A stretch of DNA of 64,000 bases from Chloroflexota bacterium (GTDB taxonomy: Bacteria > Chloroflexota > Limnocylindria > Limnocylindrales > CSP1-4), in the NCBI GenBank assembly GCA_005883615.1, contig VBEC01000018.1, positions 41,473-105,472 on the forward strand. Reading direction: 5' to 3'. The translations under genes and the position numbers were made by a program. The notes below the pieces were generated by a model. That model ran no database searches. It saw only the letters and a list, made by a program, of their open reading frames with translations, and had not been told where the DNA came from. Positions within the stretch are counted from its first letter, which is position 1, and each line of letters starts with the position of its first letter. Positions 56,618 through 64,000 of the stretch are shown here, one piece after another.

Positions 56618-58858
56618 GTGGAGAGGGAACGCATGACAGCCCTGGGGCGCGAAAGGCGCGTCCGCAGCGGAAGAGAGCGTCGCCGACTGGCAACCGCCTT
56701 CGGCTGTCTGGCGCTGGCCCTTGGGCTCCTGCTCACACCGCCCAGGGCGCCGGGAACCCTCGCGGCTTCGGCCGATGGCCTCGTCACACGCGCCGACGCG
56801 ACCTATACCGTCCGGCCGGCCGACCACCTCGTCCAGGTGGCCGTCGACGTCGCCGCCACCAATACCCAGCCAGACCGCTCGACAAGTGGCGGCGTCATTC
56901 ACTACTTCTTCACGCAGGCGAGCTTCGGGGTCCAGCCCGAGGCGACCCGCGTGCACGCGTCCTCCGGAAGTCGGGCACTGGCCGTAACGGTCCGAAGCCA
57001 GACCGGCTTCCGGCGGGTCGATGTCGCCTTCGGGCGGTCGCTGTTCTACTCGCAAACGCTCCGATTCCGCCTCGAGTACGACCTTCCCGGCCTGGTTGCC
57101 CGGTCGCGGGGCAACGTTCGCGTCCTGTCTGCATTCGTGTCGTTCTACGCGTGGTCGTTCGGCGACGTGGGCAGCGTGCGCATCGTTTTTCCGGCGGGCT
57201 TCGTGCCGAACGCGAGTGGCTCGCCGATGGTGGAGTCGACCGACGGCGCCGGCCGGGTGATCCTGCAGGCGGCCGGCATCACCGACGGTCTGGCGTGGTT
57301 CGAGAACGTCACGGCCGACCTCGAGTCGGCGTTGACCAAGACGCGGATCGTCCTGCCCGACGCGGAGCTCGTGGTGCATGCCTGGCCGGAGGACCTGGCC
57401 TGGCAGCGCGAAGTCGTGGATCTCCTGAGCCGGGGCATCCCCGAATTGCAGGTGCTCATCGGCCGGCCGTGGCCGGTGGTCGGGGCTCTCGACGTGCGGG
57501 AAATCCATACGCCGTTGCTCGAGGGCTACGCCGGCTTCTTCGAGTCGGATGTCCGGCTGATCGAGATCAGCGAGGATCTCGACCCGGTCACGATCGTGCA
57601 CGAGGCTTCGCATGCCTGGTTCAACGCGGATCTGTTTACCGGCCGCTGGATCAACGAAGGGCTGGCCAATGAATACGCCAGTCTCGTGCTGGCGAAGCTC
57701 GGGGCCGGCTACGTGCCGCTCGAGGTCGCCCGACGCTCGAACCCCGTGGCGTTTCCGCTCCAGTCGTGGCCGCCCCCCGGGCGCATCATCGACAAACTGA
57801 CCGATGCGCGGGAACGCTACGGCTATGCCGCCTCGTACACGGTCGTGAAGGCCCTCGTGGACGAGGTCGGCGTCGCCGGGATGCGATCGGTGTTCGCGGC
57901 CGCTGGAGCGGGCACGATCCCGTACCGCGGTGCGCCCGCGCCCGAGAAAGTGACGGGAACGGCCGATTGGCGCCGGCTGCTCGACCTGCTGGAGCAGGTT
58001 GCCGGCTCGCACCAGGCCTCGAGCCTGTTCCGGACCTGGGTGGTGCCGGTGGCGGATATGGCCACCTTCGACCGGCGTGACGCAGCGGTCAAGGATTACC
58101 GAGCGCTGGTTACGGAGGGCGGAGGCTGGCAGCCGCCGTTCATGATCCGCTCGCCCATGGCGACCTGGGCGTTCGACGCTGCGGAAGCGGGAATGACCGA
58201 AGCCCGCAAGGTGCTCGTCAGCCGCGACCAGATCGTTGTTGCGGCGGCGGCCCTCCAGCTGCAGGTGCCGAGCGACCTCAAGACGGCCTACGAGTCCGCT
58301 CTTAATACGATGTCGGCACCGCTGGCCCTGGCCGACGGCGAGCTTGCGGCCCTGTCGACACTGAGCGACACCACCGCCGCTCTCAACGCCGACAGGGACG
58401 TGCTTACCACGATCGGTCTCCTCGGCAGCCAGCCGAACGCTCAGCTGGACGCCGCGAGGTCCGCGTTCAACGCCGGCAACATTGATGAGGCGGTCACGGA
58501 CGCTGCCAAGGCCCGGGCGATCGTCGACCGCGCCCGTGGGATCGGTCGAGAGCGCGTGGTGGTCGGCGCCGGGATCGGGTCCGGGGTGGTCGTGGTCTCG
58601 GGCGGAGCCCTGTTCCTCGTCCGCCGGCGCCGCCGACGTCGCGCTGTTGTGGAGCCAGTCGGCGTCGCCCAAACGGAGCCACTGGGCTGGCCCGAACCGG
58701 CGGGCCCACCGGTCTCTCCGGACGACCCGCTGCGTCCGGTGGCTGAGCGGCCGTACGCTACACTGCCGCCCGACCCGGCACCCGAGACGGATCGCGGCCC
58801 GGAGAAAAGGGATCGGGAGCTCGGCGCATCGGAGCAGGGAGAAGGGACAGGACCGTGA
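56618..58858 (+). CDS. Secreted, C-terminally membrane-anchored putative zinc metallopeptidase (gluzincin-like HExxH...E, Peptidase_MA_2-like)
   Basis: Signal peptide, then HEASHAWFNADLFTGRWINEGLANEYA (HExxH plus a downstream Glu). Paralogous to the preceding gene along its whole length. C-terminal TM helix plus RRRRRRR tail. Confidence 0.65.
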   Translation: MERERMTALGRERRVRSGRERRRLATAFGCLALALGLLLTPPRAPGTLAASADGLVTRADATYTVRPADHLVQVAVDVAATNTQPDRSTSGGVIHYFFTQASFGVQPEATRVHASSGSRALAVTVRSQTGFRRVDVAFGRSLFYSQTLRFRLEYDLPGLVARSRGNVRVLSAFVSFYAWSFGDVGSVRIVFPAGFVPNASGSPMVESTDGAGRVILQAAGITDGLAWFENVTADLESALTKTRIVLPDAELVVHAWPEDLAWQREVVDLLSRGIPELQVLIGRPWPVVGALDVREIHTPLLEGYAGFFESDVRLIEISEDLDPVTIVHEASHAWFNADLFTGRWINEGLANEYASLVLAKLGAGYVPLEVARRSNPVAFPLQSWPPPGRIIDKLTDARERYGYAASYTVVKALVDEVGVAGMRSVFAAAGAGTIPYRGAPAPEKVTGTADWRRLLDLLEQVAGSHQASSLFRTWVVPVADMATFDRRDAAVKDYRALVTEGGGWQPPFMIRSPMATWAFDAAEAGMTEARKVLVSRDQIVVAAAALQLQVPSDLKTAYESALNTMSAPLALADGELAALSTLSDTTAALNADRDVLTTIGLLGSQPNAQLDAARSAFNAGNIDEAVTDAAKARAIVDRARGIGRERVVVGAGIGSGVVVVSGGALFLVRRRRRRRAVVEPVGVAQTEPLGWPEPAGPPVSPDDPLRPVAERPYATLPPDPAPETDRGPEKRDRELGASEQGEGTGP

Positions 58859-58970
58859 CGTCTCTGCAGCCCGTGTCGTCGCGGCAGGCAGTGACCTCTC
58901 CGCAGCCCGGGTCGTCCAGCGGGGCGGTGACTTTCACGCAGGCCAGGCCGGCGAACGCGCCGGAGCCGTG

Positions 58971-59999
58971 ATGGGCGTCCTTCGAACTCGCCCATCCCAC
59001 GAGATCCTGTCCGGGGATTCGGCGGACGTCTACTTTGCGAGAGCCGCGACGATCCTGGAGCGCGAAGGGCTCGACCCGCTCGTCGCGATGGAGGTGTTCG
59101 CCCGGCGGGAGGCGATCCTGTGCGGCATCGAGGAGGCCAAGAACCTGCTCGCGCACGTGCTGGCCGAGGCAGACCTGGATGAGGTCAAGGTCGAGGCGCT
59201 GGACGACGGCGACCACGTCGCGCCCAAGGAGGTCGTGCTGCGAATCCGGGCACGCTACCGCGAGTTCGGGCTGTATGAAACCGCGATCCTGGGCATGCTC
59301 GCCCAGTCGACGGGCTGGGCAACCGCGGCGCGCGAATGCGTGGAGGCCGCCGCGCCGCAGCCCGTCATCAGCTTCGGGGCGCGGCACGTTCACCCGGACG
59401 TGACGGACGTGCTGGATTACGCGGCCATCGTGGGTGGTTGCGTCGGGGCGTCCACCCCGGCCGGTGCACGGTTGGCCGGACTGGCACCCACGGGGACGAT
59501 GCCCCACTCGCTCGTCCTGATCTTCGGCGATACCGTGAAGGCGGCCGAAGCCTTCGATCGGGACCTCGACCCCGACGTGCCCCGTCTCGTGTTGATCGAC
59601 ACGTTCAAGGATGAGGCCGAGGAGGCCTTGCGCGTTGCGAACGCGCTGGGAGATCGACTGTACGGCGTGCGACTCGACACCCCGGCGGAACGCGGGAGGG
59701 TTACCGCCGACCTCGTCCACGAGGTGCGCGCTCGGCTTGATCAGGCGGGCTTCACACACGTCAAGATCGTCGTCTCCGGTGGCTTGTCTCCTGACCGCAT
59801 TCGCTACTTCCAGGAGAGCGGTGCGCCGGTCGACAGCTTCGCGGTGGGCTCATACATCAGCGGCGCGGCACCGATCGACTTCACCGGCGACATCAAGGAA
59901 ATCGACGGACGCCCGATCGCAAAGCGTGGCCGCATCCCAGGGCTTACGCCTAGCCCCCGCCTCCGCCTCGTCGACCTCGTCGGGTGGCGGGCCGGCTGA
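58971..59999 (+). CDS. Nicotinate phosphoribosyltransferase-family protein (archaeal/actinobacterial short form)
   Basis: 342 aa. ...AILGMLAQSTGWAT..., ...GARHVHPD..., ...VRLDTP...KIVVSGGL... follow the type II PRTase (NAPRTase/QPRTase) barrel pattern. Confidence 0.75.
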   Translation: MGVLRTRPSHEILSGDSADVYFARAATILEREGLDPLVAMEVFARREAILCGIEEAKNLLAHVLAEADLDEVKVEALDDGDHVAPKEVVLRIRARYREFGLYETAILGMLAQSTGWATAARECVEAAAPQPVISFGARHVHPDVTDVLDYAAIVGGCVGASTPAGARLAGLAPTGTMPHSLVLIFGDTVKAAEAFDRDLDPDVPRLVLIDTFKDEAEEALRVANALGDRLYGVRLDTPAERGRVTADLVHEVRARLDQAGFTHVKIVVSGGLSPDRIRYFQESGAPVDSFAVGSYISGAAPIDFTGDIKEIDGRPIAKRGRIPGLTPSPRLRLVDLVGWRAG

Positions 60000-60099
60000 C
60001 CGACGAGGCGGGCGATCGGGCTCGGGCGTGATGCCCGTCTGCAACGCGGTCGACGCCAGGTTCGACGACAGCCCGGCCGTTCCATGCCACGATGGGCGC

Positions 60100-60534
60100 A
60101 TGCAGCAGCGGGCGAGCGAGCCAGAAGACAACCGCGACTCGGATTCCAACCCGGCTCCCGAGCACGAGTCGGCGTACTGGCTCCTCCAGCGCGGCCGCGA
60201 GCTGCTCCACGGGCGGCATCACGCCCAGGCGGCGATCGTACTCGAGCGCGCAGCACGCCTCGAGCCGGGCAAGGCTTCGATTCTCGAGGCGCTCGGCCGG
60301 GCGTACTACAACAGCGGTCAGCACGACCGGTCGCGCGAGGCCTTCGAGCAGCTGCTCGAGGTCGACCCGTCCGCCCACTACGCCCACTACGCGCTGGGGC
60401 AGAGCCTGAAGCAGCTGGGCCGGCGACGCGAGGCGCGCACTCACCTGCGCCTGGCGGTTGCGCTCAGCCCGAAGAGCCCGCTGTATCGCGGGGCCCTCGA
60501 CCGCCTGGGGGGCGCGCTACCGGCCGACGGCTGA
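60100..60534 (+). CDS. TPR-repeat protein (144 aa)
   Basis: Three TPR-like units (AAIVLERAARLEPGKASILEALGRAYYNSGQHDRSREAFEQLLEVDPSAHYAHYALGQSLKQLGRRREA...). Confidence 0.55.
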   Translation: MQQRASEPEDNRDSDSNPAPEHESAYWLLQRGRELLHGRHHAQAAIVLERAARLEPGKASILEALGRAYYNSGQHDRSREAFEQLLEVDPSAHYAHYALGQSLKQLGRRREARTHLRLAVALSPKSPLYRGALDRLGGALPADG

Positions 60535-60575
60535 ACCCGGAAGGGCTCGACCCCCCGACGGGCGTTTGCGTCGCC

Positions 60576-61169
60576 TCAGGCCCGATCGACCTCCATGAGG
60601 CGAGCCAACCAGAAGAGCCCGACGATTGACTTGGCGTCGACGATCGCGCCGCTCTCGGCGGCAGCGACAGCTTCGTGCCAGGGCAGGCGCTCGAGCTCGA
60701 GGCGCTCGTCCTCGTCGGGTCCGCGGCGATCCGCCGCGGCCGGTCGCAGGTCGCTGGCCAGATACAGGTGCATCAGCTCGGTCGCAAAACCGGGCGCCGT
60801 CCAGAAGCTGCCGAGAAGCTGCCAGCGTTCGGCCCGATAACCCGTCTCCTCCTCGAGCTCACGCGGTGCGGCGAACGTCGGCTCCTCGACGGCGCCCGTC
60901 GCGGGATTGACGTCCAGAGTCCCGGCCGGGATCTCGAGCATCGCCCGCCCGGCGGGGGAGCGCCACTGGCGGACGAGCAGCACGCGATCTGCCTCGTCGA
61001 GCGCCACGATCGCGACGGCGCCCGGATGGCCGCACACGTCGCGCTCGCGCACGGTGCCGTCCGCGCGCTCGATCGTGTCGATCCGGAAGGTGAGGTAGTG
61101 ACCCTTGTGCAGGACACGCGACGAAACCACCCGCTCGCGCAGGCGGTCCGTCGATGCCTCCTCGGTCAC
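60576..61169 (-). CDS. NUDIX hydrolase (ADP-ribose pyrophosphatase-like)
   Basis: Nudix box GTLDVNPATGAVEEPTFAAPRELEEETG (GX5EX7REUXEEXGU). Confidence 0.8.
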   Translation of the reverse strand: MTEEASTDRLRERVVSSRVLHKGHYLTFRIDTIERADGTVRERDVCGHPGAVAIVALDEADRVLLVRQWRSPAGRAMLEIPAGTLDVNPATGAVEEPTFAAPRELEEETGYRAERWQLLGSFWTAPGFATELMHLYLASDLRPAAADRRGPDEDERLELERLPWHEAVAAAESGAIVDAKSIVGLFWLARLMEVDRA

Positions 61170-61256
61170 GCTCGCGACCGACTCGTCGGGACTTCGAAAC
61201 CGCTCCCGCAGTCCGGCGACCCGCCGGCGCGGAAGAAGATGATCAGCTCCGGGCGC

Positions 61257-62375
61257 TCAGGCCGCCGCGACGGCTGTGCGCTGGGCTCCCAGCTGCAAGC
61301 CACTCTCCGGGTCGAACAGCTGAACCTTGTCCAGCGGGATGACCATCGACAGCTTGTCCCCGGGGGTCACCCTGTTCTCGGCGTCGACGATCGCCACGAT
61401 GTCCTGGCCCGCGGCGGTCAGGTGGAGCAATTCCTCGTTGCCCAGATATTCGACTACGTCCGCGGTTGCGGTCATCGAAGCGTCGTCGCTGGTGGCCTGC
61501 CCGATGTCGAGGTGCTCGGGGCGAATGCCGGCGATGTAGTGACGGCCTGCCGCATCCCCGACCATCTGCCGGAAGCGCGGCGGGACCGGGATCGTGACGT
61601 CGTTGGCGACAAGCGTTGGCCCGTCCGGGCCGCTGGTGACCGTCACGTCCAGGAAGTTCATCGCCGGGCTGCCGATGAAGCCTGCGACGAAGCGATTGAC
61701 GGGCATGTCGTAGAGCTCCTGCGGTGTGCCCACCTGCTGGAGCAGACCCTCGCTCATGACCGCGATGCGCGTGCCCATCGTCATCGCCTCGACCTGGTCG
61801 TGAGTCACGTACACGATCGTCGTCTTGAGGCGCTGATGCAGTCGGGCGATCTCCGCGCGGGTCTGGACGCGCAGCTTGGCGTCCAGGTTCGAGAGGGGCT
61901 CGTCCATGAGGAACACGGCAGGCTCGCGGACGATTGCCCGCCCGAGCGCGACGCGCTGGCGCTGGCCGCCGGAGAGCTCCTTGGGTTTGCGCGCGAGAAG
62001 TCGTCCGAGATCGAGGATCCCGGCTGCCTCCTGGACGCGCTTCTCGATATCTGCCTTGGGGACCTTTCGGAGCTTGAGCCCGAAGGCCAGGTTGTCGCGA
62101 ACGGTCATGTGCGGGTAGAGCGCGTAGCTCTGGAAGACCATGGCAATGTCACGGTCCTTGGGCGCCACGTCGTTCACGACGCGATCCCCGATCCGCAGCG
62201 TTCCGTCCGAAATCTCCTCGAGCCCCGCGATCATCCGGAGGCTCGTCGTCTTGCCGCAGCCTGACGGACCAACGAGGACCATGAACTCGCCGTCACGGAT
62301 CTCGAGGTTCAGGTCGTTGACCGCCAGGACGTCGCCGTATTTCTTGGTGACGTGCTCGAAGGTGACCGTCGCCAT
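61257..62375 (-). CDS. Sugar ABC transporter ATP-binding protein (MalK/UgpC/MsmK family)
   Basis: Walker A GPSGCGKTT, signature LSGGQRQR, Walker B FLMDEPLS, and a C-terminal TOBE domain. Confidence 0.9.
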   Translation of the reverse strand: MATVTFEHVTKKYGDVLAVNDLNLEIRDGEFMVLVGPSGCGKTTSLRMIAGLEEISDGTLRIGDRVVNDVAPKDRDIAMVFQSYALYPHMTVRDNLAFGLKLRKVPKADIEKRVQEAAGILDLGRLLARKPKELSGGQRQRVALGRAIVREPAVFLMDEPLSNLDAKLRVQTRAEIARLHQRLKTTIVYVTHDQVEAMTMGTRIAVMSEGLLQQVGTPQELYDMPVNRFVAGFIGSPAMNFLDVTVTSGPDGPTLVANDVTIPVPPRFRQMVGDAAGRHYIAGIRPEHLDIGQATSDDASMTATADVVEYLGNEELLHLTAAGQDIVAIVDAENRVTPGDKLSMVIPLDKVQLFDPESGLQLGAQRTAVAAA

Positions 62376-62454
62376 CGATCGTGCTCCTCGTGCTGTTCCC
62401 GGTTGTGCATCCTAGCATCCGCAGAGCGCGGCGCGCGTGTTGCGCTCCTGTGGA

Positions 62455-63381
62455 TCAGCCCTTGACCGCTCCTCCGGTGATGCCGCGGACGAAGTAGCGC
62501 TGGAGGCTCGCAAATACCAGCAGCGGCAGCGCCATCGACATGAAGGCCGCCGCGCCCAGCAGCTGCCAGTTCCCGCCGAGCGACGTCACCAGGTTCGCGA
62601 TGCTGATGGTCAGAGGCGAGTTCGCGGCATTGGTCGACCCGATGTAGACCAGCGCGACCAGCAGATCGTTCCAGACGAACAGGAACTGGAAGATGACCAG
62701 CGCCGCGATCGCCGGCACGCTCATCGGCAGTGCAAGTCGGAGGAAGGCCACCACGGGACTTGCCCCGTCGATTGCGGCCGACTCGAAGACCTCCTTCGGC
62801 AGGCCGCCCATGAAGTTGCGTAGCAGGTAGATCGCGAAGGGCAGGCCATAGCCGGTGTGGGCCAGCCAGACCGCCAGGAACTCGCCGTTGAGGGTGTCGA
62901 TGTTGACCGGTCCGAAGTGGATCGAGATGCCGGCGTAGAGCTTGAGGATCGGGATGAACGTGGTCTGCAGCGGCACGACGAGAAGGCCGACTACAGCCAC
63001 GAACAGGAGGTTCCGTCCCGGAAAGCTCATCCAACTGAACGCGTACGCGGCAAAGGCAGCCACCAGGATCGGGATGATCACCGACGGGATGGTGATGAAC
63101 AGGCTGTTGACGAACGCGTCGCCGATGCCCTGCTCGCCGAGCACCGACGCGTAGTTGTCAAGGCTCAGGTTCCAGGGCGGGAAGAGGGCGCTCCACCAGC
63201 CGCTCGCCGAAACGTCCTGCTCCGATCGGAAGGAGTTGACCAGCAGGCCGATCGTCGGGATGAGCCAGATGGCCATCAGGATGATCACGCCGGCGTGGAC
63301 GCCGATGCGTCCAAAGCCGCGCGGAATCCGGCTCGTCGCGACGGGTGCAGCAATGGCGCCGGGTCGTGCCACAGCAGTCAT
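62455..63381 (-). CDS. Carbohydrate ABC transporter permease (MalG-like)
   Basis: Six TM helices and the EAA-loop motif (ESAAIDGASPVVAFLRLALP). The ATG overlaps the upstream permease's stop (ATGA at 63378-63381). Confidence 0.85.
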   Translation of the reverse strand: MTAVARPGAIAAPVATSRIPRGFGRIGVHAGVIILMAIWLIPTIGLLVNSFRSEQDVSASGWWSALFPPWNLSLDNYASVLGEQGIGDAFVNSLFITIPSVIIPILVAAFAAYAFSWMSFPGRNLLFVAVVGLLVVPLQTTFIPILKLYAGISIHFGPVNIDTLNGEFLAVWLAHTGYGLPFAIYLLRNFMGGLPKEVFESAAIDGASPVVAFLRLALPMSVPAIAALVIFQFLFVWNDLLVALVYIGSTNAANSPLTISIANLVTSLGGNWQLLGAAAFMSMALPLLVFASLQRYFVRGITGGAVKG

Positions 63382-64000
63382 CGGATCGCCTCCTGAGCCT
63401 GGAACCGGCGGACGTTGACGAGCATGATCGGAATGATCGCGAGCAGCAGCACCACGGCGATTGCGCTCGCAAAGCCGAAGTCGCCGAACGAGATCTGCTT
63501 GTACATCAGGTTGGCGACGACGTCGGTATTGAAGTTTCCGCCCGTCATCGTGTAGACGACGTCGAATGCCTTCAGGGCGGTGATGATCATCGTGGTGGAC
63601 ACCACCGCGATCGTCGGCAGGAGGAGCGGGAACACGATCCCCCGGAAGACCTGCCATTCGTTTGCGCCGTCAACCCGCGCGGCCTCCAGCAGCTCGGCGC
63701 TGATGCTCTTGAGGGACGCCGAGATGATGACCATGGCGAAGCCGGTCCACATCCAGGCCATGACACCGATCAATGCAAATGTGTTCAGGGCCAAGGTGTC
63801 GTTCTGCAGCCATGGGACGGGCGCGACCCCTAACAAACCGATGAAGGCGTTCATCGTGCCGGTCTGGGGTTGGCCGGGAGGCTGATAGTCGAACATGAAC
63901 TTCCAGATCACGCCAGCAGCGACTGCGCTGATGGCCAGGGGCAGGAAGATGACCCCCTTCGCGAAGGACTCATAGCGAACGCGATCGACCAGGATCGCGA
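63378..64000 (-). CDS. Carbohydrate ABC transporter permease (MalF-like), C-terminal part; gene continues beyond window end
   Basis: EAA loop (EAARVDGANEWQVFRGIVFPLL). The reading frame stays open to the window edge. Confidence 0.8.
   Translation of the reverse strand, partial: AILVDRVRYESFAKGVIFLPLAISAVAAGVIWKFMFDYQPPGQPQTGTMNAFIGLLGVAPVPWLQNDTLALNTFALIGVMAWMWTGFAMVIISASLKSISAELLEAARVDGANEWQVFRGIVFPLLLPTIAVVSTTMIITALKAFDVVYTMTGGNFNTDVVANLMYKQISFGDFGFASAIAVVLLLAIIPIMLVNVRRFQAQEAIR

Noticed and set aside
54946-58672. Long - strand ORFs (54946..56787 at 613 aa, 56555..58672 at 705 aa)
   Set aside because: They lie antisense to the two paralogous metallopeptidase genes and have low-complexity R/G/P-rich products.

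Overview
This is a high-GC (~70%) chromosomal window, probably from an actinobacterium-like genome. The main evidence is an F420-type deazaflavin nitroreductase homolog, a PAC2-family protein, TrpB2, a zinc-ribbon NrdJ, a group-1 sigma factor, and several overlapping start/stop codons between adjacent genes. I support about 60 genes. These are mostly housekeeping, stress and metabolic genes, listed in window order under features. I found no rRNA, tRNA, CRISPR array, transposase or integrase. Many of the long six-frame ORFs are GC-skew artefacts that lie antisense to real genes.

The most unusual locus is a ~1.2-kb non-coding region between the divergent nrdJ and trpB2 genes (36816-38024). It carries four separate repeat systems, described under findings.

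The other candidates worth a second look are:
- an intact zinc-ribbon-cyclase-STAND ATPase-TPR gene (26248-29814) beside a PH-like gene and an ECF sigma / anti-sigma pair, with decayed remnants of a second copy at 39451-39700;
- an operon of two small membrane proteins followed by an FtsH-like AAA+/M41 protease with an atypical architecture (39998-42898);
- a YbjN-like gene joined by a GTGA overlap to an inactive MA-type metallopeptidase homolog, followed by an active paralog (53963-58858);
- an NYN-domain / zinc-ribbon membrane protein / CcsA operon (43172-45244);
- a decayed ferric-reductase-like gene with an in-frame amber codon;
- a WYL regulator divergent from a degenerate GGDEF-like gene;
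- several palindromes and phased repeats in promoter regions (pirin/cupin, rpoD, glgC, the NAPRTase upstream region).

All calls rest on reading motifs by eye. No database searches were run.
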